From NCBI RefSeq assembly GCF_009914755.1, contig NC_060927.1: a stretch of 64,000 bases of DNA. One strand, given 5' to 3'. How positions within the stretch are numbered: the first letter of the stretch is position 1; each line of letters starts with the position of its first letter. Source of the DNA: the human T2T-CHM13v2.0 reference genome, Homo sapiens. Shown here one piece after another: positions 14,732 to 26,477 of this stretch. The notes beneath the pieces are model-generated. The model saw only the letters and a program-made list of their open reading frames with translations. It was not told where the DNA came from and ran no database searches. A program made the position numbers and the translations under genes.

Positions 14732-15779
14732 TCAAGAAGGCTGTAGGGAGGCAGAGAAGAGAAAGTGCTGTATTGGGATGCAAAGTATCTTGGGACTATT
14801 ATTTACTGAGATCTGGAACCAACCACCTAACTTGTCTTCAGAATCATAGGTCAGGAAAATGCAAGGGTTGATTTAAACTGGTAGTTTTTAAACTTTGTTT
14901 AATGCAGAGAACTTAAAAAATCTTAGTTGAAACTCTGGTATAAAACAGAAATTGAGCTAATCTGATGAAAACAGAACTGAGTGGTCTAGAGTTTTACCTA
15001 CTTTGCCTCCCTTTCACTTATTCCCTTACTTCTTTTTTTCTCCCTAATTCCTCCTGCATTCTCCTTTTTCTAGCAGCTTCTAAGGCACTTTTGAGAAACT
15101 CCTGGACCCAGAGAATGACAGTTATAAAACCACTACATTCAGCAATTCCTGAGGTCTTACTCGCTCTGAAGTTCTGTGATATCAGAAGCCAGGTCAATAC
15201 TAGACCATCTAATATGGTGCAGAAGAAAGACTACCAATTTTGGCATTAGGCAGATTCAGTTTCAACCTATACCCTGCCACTGACTAGCTGTATGACTTTG
15301 AACAAATCAGTTACTTTCTCTATAAAAACCTTCATCTCATCTGAAAAATGGAGATGATAGCTTCCTCAAAAAATACGATAATGGCTCATAAAAGCATTCA
15401 AGAGACATTAATTCTCTTATCTTTTGGGGCCTAAGAATTGCCTTTAAAGAAAATAAAAAGTGACATTGAGACAAGTATAGAAATAGCTTTAGCAAAGAAA
15501 TCATTTTGATATATGTAAAATACTCACGATATAATGGGAAATGGAATCTCCTGTTACTCTTGGGAATGGACAGAGGATGGAAAAGCTGGTCACTGTTGTA
15601 GGGTGGTGTGGTGAAGAAAAGAGGGTGAACCTTTTAGAAGAGCCTGGGCTGCAAAATGATCAAGTGAATACTTTACTTCTGGGGACATGGCTCACCCCAA
15701 GTTTGATTGTCCTTCTTTGTCTTCTGTAAATGAAGTCAACTCCTAAATTAAGAAGGGGTTTCCAATTCAAAAGAAGACA

Positions 15780-16470
15780 AAGTAACTGCATAGATAGAGC
15801 GTAAGAGCTGGCACTTGGCAGCACTGCCTTAAAAAAAGGTTAAGTTTTCTGATTTTGGGTTGGAAGTAAAAGCAAATGGAATCTTAGGCTCCAGTAATAA
15901 AAGCATGGTATCTAGAATGAAGAGATATGCACTCTTTATTCTCTGCCATGTCAAATATACATAGAGACCTGTATTTGAATCTGCCACTTAACAGTGTACT
16001 TTTGGCCAGGCGCGGTGGCTCACGCCTGTAATCCCAGCACTTTGGGAGGCCAAGGCGGGCAGATCACGAGGTCAGGAGATCGAGACCATGGTGAAACCCC
16101 ATCTCTACTAAAAAATATTAAAAAAAAAAAAAATTAGCCGGGCACAGTGGTGGGCACCTGTACTCCCAGCTGCTCAGGAGGCTAAGGAAAGGAGAATGGC
16201 GTGAACCTAGGAGGCGGAGCTTGCAGTGAGCTGAGATCACACCACTGTACTCCAGCCTGGAAGACAGAGCGAGACTCTGTCTCAAAAAAGAAAAAAAAAA
16301 AGTGTACTTTCAGAGGAATGTATTCAGAAGATAACAGATAACAGTAACTAAATGGTGGGAGAATCTAAACCACAGTCCCTGAGGAATATCTGAGGGGACC
16401 ACAGATGGTGAACTGGGAAGAAGGTAAGGCCTGGGATATAGCTGGCTTCAGATATCTGAAGAGAAGTTGC
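15780..16470 (+). mobile_element. L3/CR1 LINE remnant interrupted by an AluY
   Basis: AAGCATGGTATCTAGAATGAAGAG..CTCTTTATTCTCTGCC and ATAGCTGGCTTCAGATATCTGAAG resemble the CR1/L3 3' region. Confidence 0.45.
16004..16301 (+). mobile_element. AluY with a 12-nt left-arm deletion (Yc3/Yd type)
   Basis: GAGATCGAGACCATGGTGAAACCCC lacks about 12 nt of the consensus. TSD AGTGTACTTT occurs on both sides. Confidence 0.88.
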
Positions 16471-16798
16471 AGTTTTTAAGGATTCTTTTGGTGCCAGCTA
16501 CAGAACTGACTCCAACTGACTTAAGCAGAAGGACAGTTACTGAAAAAGTATCTGATGCTCATGGAATTGACATGAAGGATAGAGACTCAGGCTTAAAAAT
16601 AGGCAGAAACTAAGACATTTCTTGGGCTAGGAGGCAGGAATACATCAATGTTCTCATGGTAGGAAAAGCTACATCAGGACCTATGGCTAGAATGAAGGAG
16701 ATGCAAAATGTTGGACTTTGCACCATTTAAGATTCAAATTCCTGCAAGAGGCCATCTGATTAGATCAGTTTTAGTCCCAGTGCCTGCTGCATTGAGGG

Positions 16799-17245
16799 TG
16801 TCTTAGTCCCTTCTGGCTGCTACAACAAAATAACCATAAACCGAGTAGCTTGTAGACAGAGATATTCTCTCATGAAGAGATGGCATATACCTGGTACTGT
16901 GCCTGTATTCTTGATGGACATCACTAGTTGATTGCACTTTTTTGCAGAGCCTGAATGTGGCCTTGGGAAATAACTTTATTTAGAAATAACTTTAGTTATT
17001 TCTATAGGCGGTCTGGAAGTCCAAAATTAAGGTGCTGGCAGATTTGTTGTCTGGTGAGTGCCCATTCCTCATAGATGGCACCTTCTTGCTATGTCTTTCC
17101 ATGGTGGAAGGGAGCTTGGGGCCTCTTGTACAAGGGTACTAATCACACTCATAAGGGTCCTCTCTCATGACAAAATCACCTCCCAAAAGGGAGGTTAGGT
17201 TTCAATATATGAATCTGGAGGGATACAAACATTCAGACCATAGCA
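16799..17245 (-). mobile_element. MaLR solo LTR (MLT1A/MST-like) carrying a 116-bp foreign insert
   Basis: TGTCTTAGTCC...CTGGAAGTCCAAAATTAAGGTGCTGGCAGATTTG...CAAACATTCAGACCATAGCA. Confidence 0.8.
16854..16969 (+). repeat. 116-bp direct copy of 19241-19356
   Basis: Ungapped alignment with 3 mismatches in 116 bp (manual count). Confidence 0.95.
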
Positions 17246-17258
17246 GGTGGACCTTGCC

Positions 17259-17739
17259 TGTGGTAGACTAGGTTATTGTGCCAAGTTTACTCCCTCCCAA
17301 GTAGCATAATTGTACATCCACATTCTGCCATATAACTTTGTAGCTCCTCCCACTGACGCATATTTTCTTGCATCTTGTCTTTGTATTGAACCACGTAACT
17401 TTCTCTGGCTGATTGAAGGACATAGAAGTAAAAGTGTTGTCAGTTCCTAGTCTGGACCTTAAAAGGCTTCCCCATTTTTTGCTCATTATTTTGTGCGTAT
17501 GCTATTTCCATGAAAAGAAAAGCGCCTACAACAGACTGTTGTTCAGTGGAAATGAGAGTCAAATGAAGCAGAGCCACTTAAGTGAACCAGTCCCCAACCC
17601 ATTCTGCAGAGGATGAGCAAGCTCAACCAGGGTTAACAGAGCCATCCTCATGACCTATAGATGCACAAAGAAAAGAATGCTGATATTTGTATGAAAATAA
17701 GATTTTGCGACTCTTACACAGCCGTAGCTAATGGATACA
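17259..17739 (+). mobile_element. Old MLT1-type MaLR LTR
   Basis: TGTGGTAGAC...CAGTTCCTAGTCTGGACCTTAAAAGGC...GCAGAGCCA...ACACAGCCGTAGCTAATGGATACA. Confidence 0.6.
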
Positions 17740-17779
17740 TGGGCTTTTCTACTTCTTATCTTCTTAGTGAGGTACGCCA

Positions 17780-18326
17780 TGTTAGTTATCTATTGGTGCA
17801 TGACAAAATACCCCAAAACATAAAGACATAAAACAGCAATAGACATTTATTATCCCACAGAGATTCTGCAGGTCAGAAGTCCAGAAGCAGCTTAGCTGGG
17901 AGGGTCTAATATGAGTTTTTGCATGAAACTGCAATCAAGATGTCAGTCACGGCTGCAGTAACCTGAAGGACTGAGTGATTTGCTTCCAAGATGGGTTACT
18001 CACACCAATGGCACGTTAGAGCTGCCTGTTGGCAGAATGCCTTATTTCATTGTCTATTGGCTTTCTCCACAAGGCTGCTTGTATGTCCTCAAAACATGGC
18101 AGCTGATATTCTACACAGCAAGAAACTTCCCAGGAGAGAGATCAAGGAGGAAGCCACAGTGCCTTTTTCGAGATAACCTGGGAAGTCATACACCATTGCT
18201 GTCATGACATTCTATTCATTGATGAGTCACCGAACTGAGCCCACACTTAAAGGGAGGGGAATTAGGCTCCACCACTCAAAGACAGGAGTGTCAAAGAATT
18301 TGTGGACATATGTCAAACCCACCACA
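17780..18326 (-). mobile_element. Old MLT1-type MaLR LTR (F/G/H-like)
   Basis: TGTTAGTTATCTATTGGTGCATGACAAAATACCCCAAAAC...TCAAAGAATTTGTGGACATATGTCAAACCCACCACA. Confidence 0.7.
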
Positions 18327-19711
18327 GGCAAGTACTAGGTTAACTCATCAAATTGAACAAAATGGGGAAGACGTAATTTCCCAAAATAAAACAAGGATTC
18401 TGTAGGAAGGGGAAGCAGAGCAATCTAAATTAATTAAATAGCAGTAGGGCCAGTGTGTGAAGAGGTATAGCAACACAGAATGGCTTGATACATATGATGG
18501 AAAATCCTCTGAGGGTGTCCAGAAGGAAAGCAAAATTGGCACAAAAGCAACAAATGGCAAAGGCAACATGGGGGTATAGGAATTAGATGCAATACACAAA
18601 AAAGGTTTTTTTTTTTATGATGATAACAAGAGGACCCAGCTCGAGAGGGAGGTGGTTTACAAAAACATCTTTGAGGCCTATAATGCAGGTGGGAAAAGGA
18701 AAAGAGATAAAACGATGGCATTCATGTACTCATAAAGGTATTAGAAGGAAGTCTGCAGGCAGATTGGTGGCGCAGGGGTGGGTAAGGGAAACAACAAAGT
18801 AAGTACCCAAAAGGATAGCTGAATTTTCTTATGAGTGGCCTGCAGGTGTATATGCACTCAGGCCATCCACGAATCAAATAAATGCTTGATGAGAGCCATT
18901 TAGTTAAGAGCATGCGATTGCTATGGTCAATTAGAAGTAAGAAGAAAAGGACAGTGATGATCATTATGTCTATTGCCAAATAGAACTGTATAAGGCGTGG
19001 CTAGGAAGTGCCACTCCAATCACAGGACATCAGTGGTCATGTCTACCTCCCTCCCATGCTGTTCCTAAGGACAAAGAATGAGAAGGTAGGGAGAAAACAC
19101 AGAAAAGCTTCGTTATCTGCACACTGGCTGCCCCGGGAGGTCTGTGCAGTTTTGAATGGCATTAGCTGAACTTTTTAGAGTCGTGTGTCTAGCCCAGAGC
19201 ATAAAATGAACTATGGAATCAGGTTAATGACAGAAAAAAAAGACAGAGCTATTCTCTCATGAAGAGATGGCATATACCTGGTACTGTGCCTGTATTCTTG
19301 ATGGACATCACTAGTTGATTGTACTTTTTTGCAGAGCATGAATGTGGCCTTGGGAATCCTTGTGGGAATCAAAATTGTGCTCCAAACAGCTGCTACCAAT
19401 CTAATGAAGTGGTAGTGCAGGATGAACCCAATTTGTCATCCCTGGGCTCAGTATCTCTGAAAGTTGAGAAACATGAGGCCAGTAGGAGATAAAGAAAGCA
19501 ATGTCTTCTGCCAGAGAGACACCTAGAGAACAAAGTCTTCTCCAGTTTGCTGATCCTAAGAGAGATGCATTTCTCTCTCAAGACAAATAGGCCCCTGCTG
19601 TTCATCCTTAATTTCGTATACTCAAGCCTACATGCTCATAAATGAAGAGCAATGTTGCAGAGGAAGGAGGCCCTGCAGCCAGAAGGAGGAAGGAGAGGTT
19701 TGAAGAAGACA

Positions 19712-19940
19712 CTTTCTAGATCAGCCATTATTGACATTTTGGGCTGGATAATTCTTCATTATGGGGCTGTTCTGTGCACTCTGGGATGTTTAGCAGCATC
19801 CCGGGCCTCTAAACATGAGGAGCGCTCCCTGCAAAGTGGTGACCATCAGAAATGTCTCCAGGCTTTGTCAGATGTCCCTGGGGCCTGGGGCTAAGGGTAG
19901 AACGGGGAGAGGCAGAATCTCCCCCAGTTGAGAACCACTG
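19712..19940. mobile_element. MER20 (hAT-Charlie) DNA transposon
   Basis: ATTGACATTTTGGGCTGGATAATTCTT...GGATGTTTAGCAGCATCC...AAATGTCTCCAG...CCCCAGTTGAGAACCACTG. Confidence 0.85.
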
Positions 19941-20623
19941 CTCTAAATGATAAAAATCAGAGGATAGAAATTCAATATGAATTCTAGTTCTTATCCCAAA
20001 AGCAAGTTAGTATTTTATAATCCAGGGTCTGTGATGACAAGAACCATAAAGGATTCTGGAAACACTGTCCTTTTGCTATTTCATCGGGATTGACCCCTCT
20101 GTATGACAAAAACTTAAGAGGAAAAAAGGCCAGCCTATTTGTGACAGTGGGCATAGCTAGGATGACTCCAAGATGAAGGAAGCAGTGGGAGTGTGCTTTG
20201 TGGCCATTCACTGAAGGAGAGGAAAAGAGGTGAATCCAGAGGCCTAATCCAGGCCCATCTTGCAAACCTTTGCTTTAGCTGTTCCCTCTGCCTGGAACTC
20301 TTTTCGTTTACTGCTATATCCCCAGTTCCTGGTACAGAGTGGCAGCTGGAGGAATATTTGTTGCACAAATAAATAAAGCATAGCGCACTTGACATAGTCA
20401 TTGCAAGTGTGATGGTGATGCAAGTGTGGAAGTACCAGGTGCTGTGGGGGCACACAGGATGGAGAACTAAACTTTTCTGAAACATGAAGATTCTCTAGAG
20501 AAAATGTCCTGGAACACTAAGGAAGCCTTTCTAGAGATAACGATCTCAAATATGAGACCAAGGGGCTCTGGACAGGAGAAGAGACCATACAGTAAACATT
20601 AACAGAGAGAATGTTTATATATA

Positions 20624-20809
20624 TTATTGTGTCAATAGTTTACTTCTTCCCGAGTAACATAATTATATATCCACATTCTGCCATTAATTCTGTAGTTCCT
20701 CCCACTAAAGCGTATTTTCTTGCATCTTGTCTTTGTATTCAACCATATAACATGCTCTGGCTGATTGAAAGAGGTAGAAGTAAAAGTGTTATCAGTTCCT
20801 AGTCTGGAC
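20624..20809 (+). repeat. ~186-bp direct copy of 17273-17457 (part of the MLT1 LTR)
   Basis: Manual alignment gives about 87% identity (about 22 substitutions and 2 small indels), with long identical runs. Confidence 0.9.
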
Positions 20810-20842
20810 TATGAGTTTGCCTAAATGAATTGCCTAAATATT

Positions 20843-20912
20843 GCATAAATGGATTTGAAAAGAACATTAAATAATAGAGTCCACGAAGCCTTGGTTGAGT
20901 GCTGTGTTACTG
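20843..20912 (+). repeat. 70-bp direct copy of 23338-23407 (part of an L2)
   Basis: Ungapped alignment, 66 of 70 positions identical. Confidence 0.92.
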
Positions 20913-20932
20913 CATTACTGTGTTACTGCTTT

Positions 20933-20997
20933 TATATAAATATATATATATGTACATACATATATATACACACACACACACATTCTCATACGTATGT

Positions 20998-21042
<45 letters not shown>

Positions 21043-21049
21043 GAGAGAG
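20933..21049. repeat. Compound (TA)n/(CA)n/(GA)n microsatellite
   Basis: Seen directly in the sequence. Confidence 0.9.
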
Positions 21050-22544
21050 GATGAGACAGAGGCATATTTAATCCTCACAATAACCCCACAAAGTGGGTAC
21101 ATTTATTGGATACCATCCTCATTTAACAGATGAGACAGCACAGGAACCCAGAAGCTAAGCTAATGTGCTCTAGGTCATACTTGCAGTATGGAGAGCTGAA
21201 ACACGAAATTGGAGGTTCTAGCCTCAGGGCCTACACCCCTCAACCATCACAATAGTGAAAGAAGACAGAGGTGTAGCATAGTCAAAGCCACAGAGGTGAG
21301 AGAGAACATGATGGGGGAGCTGGAAGGAGACCAGGATGTAACCTAAGAGAGAACAAGGAAGAGGGTAGCAAATGATGAAGTAAGCCAGAGAGAAAGGAGC
21401 TGGATCAAGGGAAGCCTCATCAAAAAACTGTGCACTGAGAGGCTCTGGGAGCCATCCTTGATCGACCACAACACCTACCTTGGATGTAAACATCAGCATT
21501 CCTATCACATGTAGGGTGGATTTAATTTCATATGACTGGGTTCAATTTATCAGTTGATAATATTTAGAAAGGTGTTCATGTTAGCTGCCCTACCTCCAAC
21601 CACCATTTACTAGAGAACAAAAACACTGAGCCCAGGTGTTAGGATCCTGATTTGTTTTATGTTTTTAAGAGAAGGCAACAGAGCATTCGTTTTTATCCTG
21701 GAATAGATGGTTTGTCCAGCTGTAGATGCTGTAGAAAGGAAGCTGAATGTTAATTAGATGTCAACAATAATTATGGTGATTACGTTTTTTGAATAGCTAT
21801 TGGGAATAGCTGGATCCACATCTAGAATGTGATGTGAATGATGTTTTAACAGTTTTTAAAAGAAGAGAGCAGCCTGTTACTAAGGAAATTACAGTGAATA
21901 GAATTATAGTGAAATAGATTTCTTAACAAAGAACTACAACAATGATAATAGTCTCACATGAATTATGTAGTATATATGAAGGAAAATCATAAAAAATGTT
22001 TTTCAGACAAGATCCCTTATTTAAAAGAAAATCAATTATCAATTATCTTAAAGCTTTGCCTCATGGTTTCACTGGAACATTTTAAGCTGTATCTTTCTGA
22101 TTTTCCTTAGAACTGGGTCAGACTGCCATTTTTATAAACTATCATTTCAATGAAATTTTAATTACATGCTTTTTATTCACTACAGAGACCCCTGTGCTTC
22201 AAATAACTTGTATGATCATGATCATTCTACTTTATAAGATATTTTAATTATATTTATTTTCAAATAAAAATCATAATTCATAGGATTAATATTTGTTATT
22301 TGTTAAATATTTATCCTATTATTATTTTGAAAGTACTCTCCTTTTAATACAAACAATTGCTACCTGATTATTAAATAGAATATCTGCTTCATGTATTTAA
22401 CACGTTTCACATAAATCTCAGGGGTTAGACAAAATTAACCTCCCCTCTCAAGCTGGAATTTAAAAGTCTACAGAAGGGAGTGGCATTGCACTAACTCTAT
22501 GTAGTCAGAAATTACCAGCCAGCAGTGTAGGTGGACATATGATC

Positions 22545-23400
22545 ATTTATTTGGTCACTTATTCAACAAACATTTGTTGAGTACTTACTGTGTGTCATAT
22601 ATGATGAGAACCAAGCAGGTACAACAATCCATACCATTATTTGATGACATTCCTAAGGAACAGGACATCAGTTTTACTGGCTCCCTGCCTCCAGCTACTC
22701 CTCTGTCCTTCCCCTTTCTCAAGTGAGAAGCATGGCTGCATGCAGTGATGAACAAGGTAGACTCAATTTCTCTCTGTAGCTGTCTATGGAAAGGGGCTTC
22801 AGAATTCAATGGGAAAATAGTAAACCATGCAATGAGTGGTCTAACAGAAGAAATACGTGAGGCTATGAAACCACAAGGAAAACACACAACACAGGTTAAG
22901 GAAACCTTCTCCAAAGAAATGTTCTACAAACTGACAGGAAGCTTGTACCAAATGCTGAGGTAAGGCAAGAGTGAACAGCAAAGCACAGAAGGCTCTGTGC
23001 TTTCCACTCCTTCAAGGAAGTGTAAATTGCTGTGTCTGGCTGAATCATAAAGGATGGAGAAGGCCTTGTTTTGTGTTGAGGCTACAGACAGAGATGAGAC
23101 CCAGATAGCACAGGGCCCATAGACTGTGTTAAAGAAAGAACCTAATCTTAAGAACAGTAGAAAGCAGATGAAAGGTGTTGAGCAAGAGTGTGAGATGATC
23201 ATATTAATGCTTAAAACAGACCCTTCAGGCTGCCATGTGGACAGTGATGTGGAGGAAGCAAGGCTGGGAGAGCAGTTACAAGACTATTGCAAGATTCTGA
23301 GTCAGAGATGGGGTGGCATGTGCCAGAGGATAGAAGAGCATAAATGGATTTGAAAAGAACATTAAATAATAGAATCCACAAAGCCTTGTTTGAATGCTGT
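22545..23400 (-). mobile_element. L2 fragment
   Basis: ATTCAACAAACATTTGTTGAGTACTTACTGTGTG ... ATGAAAGGTGTTGAGCAAGAGTGTGAGATGATC. Confidence 0.65.
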
Positions 23401-25663
23401 GTTACTGGAGAACATGCCAACATGCTGGTTCCAATAGCAATAATAACTTAGTAACAATGGTGCAAATAATAGCACTGGTTGGACATTTTCTCTATGATAG
23501 ACACTCTGTCATTGCTTCTCATTTAATCTTCACAACACCACCTGGAGATGGGTATATTCAGTTTATTCTTACTGTCCTGTAGAGAGGACATCGAGGATCA
23601 GAGAGGTTCAGTTTCTTGCCCAGAATCACACTACCAGAAGGTGGCAGAGCTGGGATTTGGGCACTAGCAGTCTGACTCCAGAGCCTGTGTTCTCACTGGA
23701 AATCAATGTTAGAGAACAACGAGATGAGGATAACATTCAAGTCTTGAGGTGCGTGGGTTTAGAATGCAGCTTTAAAAAAAAAAAAAGCCACCTATGCCCT
23801 GTATAGTTTTCAGGACCAACATCCCTGTATTTTCAGTGAGATTTATTCTTTTTGTTGTAGAAAAAAACATTGGCTTGGGGTAAGAAATGTAAAAAAGAAG
23901 GAAGAAATCAAATAATGAACACTTAAGCATGGGCTAGGTATTCAGTACATGCTTTATTTTTATTCATCACTGTGCCAGGTTTAGGGAATGTATTATTTTT
24001 AATCTTCCAAGGACTCTAGGAAGTAGGTGATGTGATTCCATTTTTTTTTTTTTAAATTAAGAACCTAGACTGAGAAAGATTTTGCTTTATGTCCAAGTTA
24101 GGACAGGCCAGAGCCGAGCCTGACTCTGATTCTCTCTCCGTGGCACATTACTGCCTGTCAGAGAGGAAAAGAAGACAGAGACACACAAGGCAGGTAGGCA
24201 TTTGGTCAGAAAGAAACAAAAGTTCCCAAAGTGGAAAAGACAAAGGAAAGCTTTATTGGATGTAGAATTTGAAGCTGAGCAATCTTACAACGAGGTCTCA
24301 TTGGAGTAACAGAAGAAGTCTCTTCTCTTAACATTGTTGCCTAGTTCCTTGATGGCAGGAATGAGTTCTATTAACTTCAGAGGCCCACACTGAACTCCAC
24401 AACAATGAGAAGTCATGACCAGAACATAAGTTCCAGTCTAAAAATTTTTACTGCTGATAGAATAGATTTGGTGCCCTTTGGATGGCCACAGATCGGTCCA
24501 TGTTGACTATCGAGAATCTAAGGAATATTAGCTCGCCTGTGAACTTTTTTGGACTTTATAATACTTTGAGTTCATGCGCTACTTGTCCTAGTCCCAGGAC
24601 CTTATAATTGGAGGATTGAAAATATCTAACAGGTAACAAATTAAGTTAAATGATTTCTTTACTTCCCTGGATCAAACATGTACCTGGTGGTGAAATTTGA
24701 ACAAAGATATTTCCATTGCATCTTGATTTTCCGTGGAGAAATCACATAAGCAGTTTAGGACAGCAGTAATAATGAACCATTACAGCATAGACCAGGATTG
24801 GCTCCAGAGTGGTAACACTGTGTCCAATTGACTTCTTTATCCCTGTTATTAACACAGTGCTTAATTTACAGCAAGCTCAAAAAATGCTTGAATGAGTGAA
24901 GGATTACATGAGTTATGAACAGCTTATCATTTTATACTAAGGGAGCAATGTAATATAGTGGTCGAATCTGTGGATGCTGAAATCAGCCAATCCAGATTCA
25001 AATCATCCTAGCTTCCTGTTTCACATTTCTCTCTTGACTTTGATTTTATTATTTGTAAAATGGAGATGATGCTATTGTAAGATATTCCATTTAAAGTGTT
25101 TAACAGGACTTGACAAGGAGTAAATGCTCAATATGTCTTAGCTGTTACTTATTTATCAGCATTAATATCATACAAGTTAAATGCCTTCTTTGTAATCATA
25201 TATATTTTTTCAACAATATCTTTGCTCAAGGAAAAAAATATACCACGTAGAAATTATTCCCTTGAGAGGTGGATCCAGGAGTACAATTTTATCTTGTTGG
25301 AGAGCAAGACAAATGGTGGGTTAAGTAGAAAGAGTTCTCAGAAGTTAGACTAACCCAGAGTGGGTGTCTGTTTTCCCACCCAAGTACAGATGCTAGGGCT
25401 CTCACTTCAACACTACCATGCTGATATCAACTGCCTGTCTTCTGAAGATTACAGTACCTTGAGACATTTGAAAGGAATTGGAATGTCCAGTTGTGTTGGG
25501 GCTTGGCAAAGATACTGGACATACTAAGGCCATCTTTCTATTGAATGATTCACGGGCATCTTTAGAAAACTAGCTAGCATGGTTCCTTAATATGGTGACA
25601 TGCAGTGGTTTCCCTAATGGCAGTGGAAATCTGCAGGCTTTGCCTTGGCTTTTCCTTGGCTGC

Positions 25664-25728
25664 TGTATTAGTCAGGATTCTCCAGATAAACAGAACCAAT
25701 AGAAGAAAGAAAAGAAAGAAAGAAAGAA

Positions 25729-25784
<56 letters not shown>

Positions 25785-25815
25785 GGAAGGAAGGAAGGAA
25801 GGAAGGAAGGAAGGA

Positions 25816-25851
<36 letters not shown>

Positions 25852-25894
25852 GGAAGGAAGGAAGGAAGGAAGGAAGGAAGGAAGGAAGGAAGGA

Positions 25895-25966
<72 letters not shown>

Positions 25967-26477
25967 AAAGGAAGGCAGGCTTGTTATGGGGATGAGCTCA
26001 TGTGATCATGGAGGCTGATGAGTTCCACAGCATGCCATCTGCAAGCTGGAGAACCAGGGAGGCTGGTAGTATGTCTCAATCTAAGTCTGAAGGCTTGAGA
26101 ACCACGAGAGCTGATAGTGTAATTTTCAGTCCAAGGCAGAAGGCCTGAGAAACTTGTGGCCTGCTGGTACAAGTCCTGGAGTCCAGAAGCTGGAGAACCT
26201 GGAATTCTGATACCCAAGGACAAGAGAAGAAGGGTGTCCCAGCTCCAGGAGAGAGAGCACACATTCACCTTTCCTCTGCCTTTTTGTTTTATCTGAGCCC
26301 TCAATGGATTGGATGGTGCCTGCTCACATGGGGCAAGGAAAGATCTTCCTTATTCAGTCCACTGATTCAAATGCCAATCTTTCTTAGAAACACTCTCAGA
26401 GATATATCAAGAAATAATGCTCTACCGGCTATCTGGGAATCCATTAATCCACTCAAGTTGACACCTAAAGTTAACAG
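25664..26477 (-). mobile_element. MLT2B-like ERVL solo LTR containing an expanded STR
   Basis: TGTATTAGTCAGGATTCTCCAGATAAACAGAACCAATAG ... CCATCTGCAAGCTGGAGAACCAGG ... CAAGTTGACACCTAAAGTTAAC. Confidence 0.8.
25701..25975. repeat. ~275-bp pure-purine compound STR, (GAAA)n(GGAA)n(GAAA)n(GGAA)n(GAAA)n
   Basis: No pyrimidine on the + strand from 25701 to 25975. Confidence 0.97.

Noticed and set aside
25605-26018. 137-aa K/E/R-rich ORF with a hydrophobic N-terminus
   Set aside because: It is open only because the purine STR cannot encode stop codons, and it lies largely within an MLT2B LTR.
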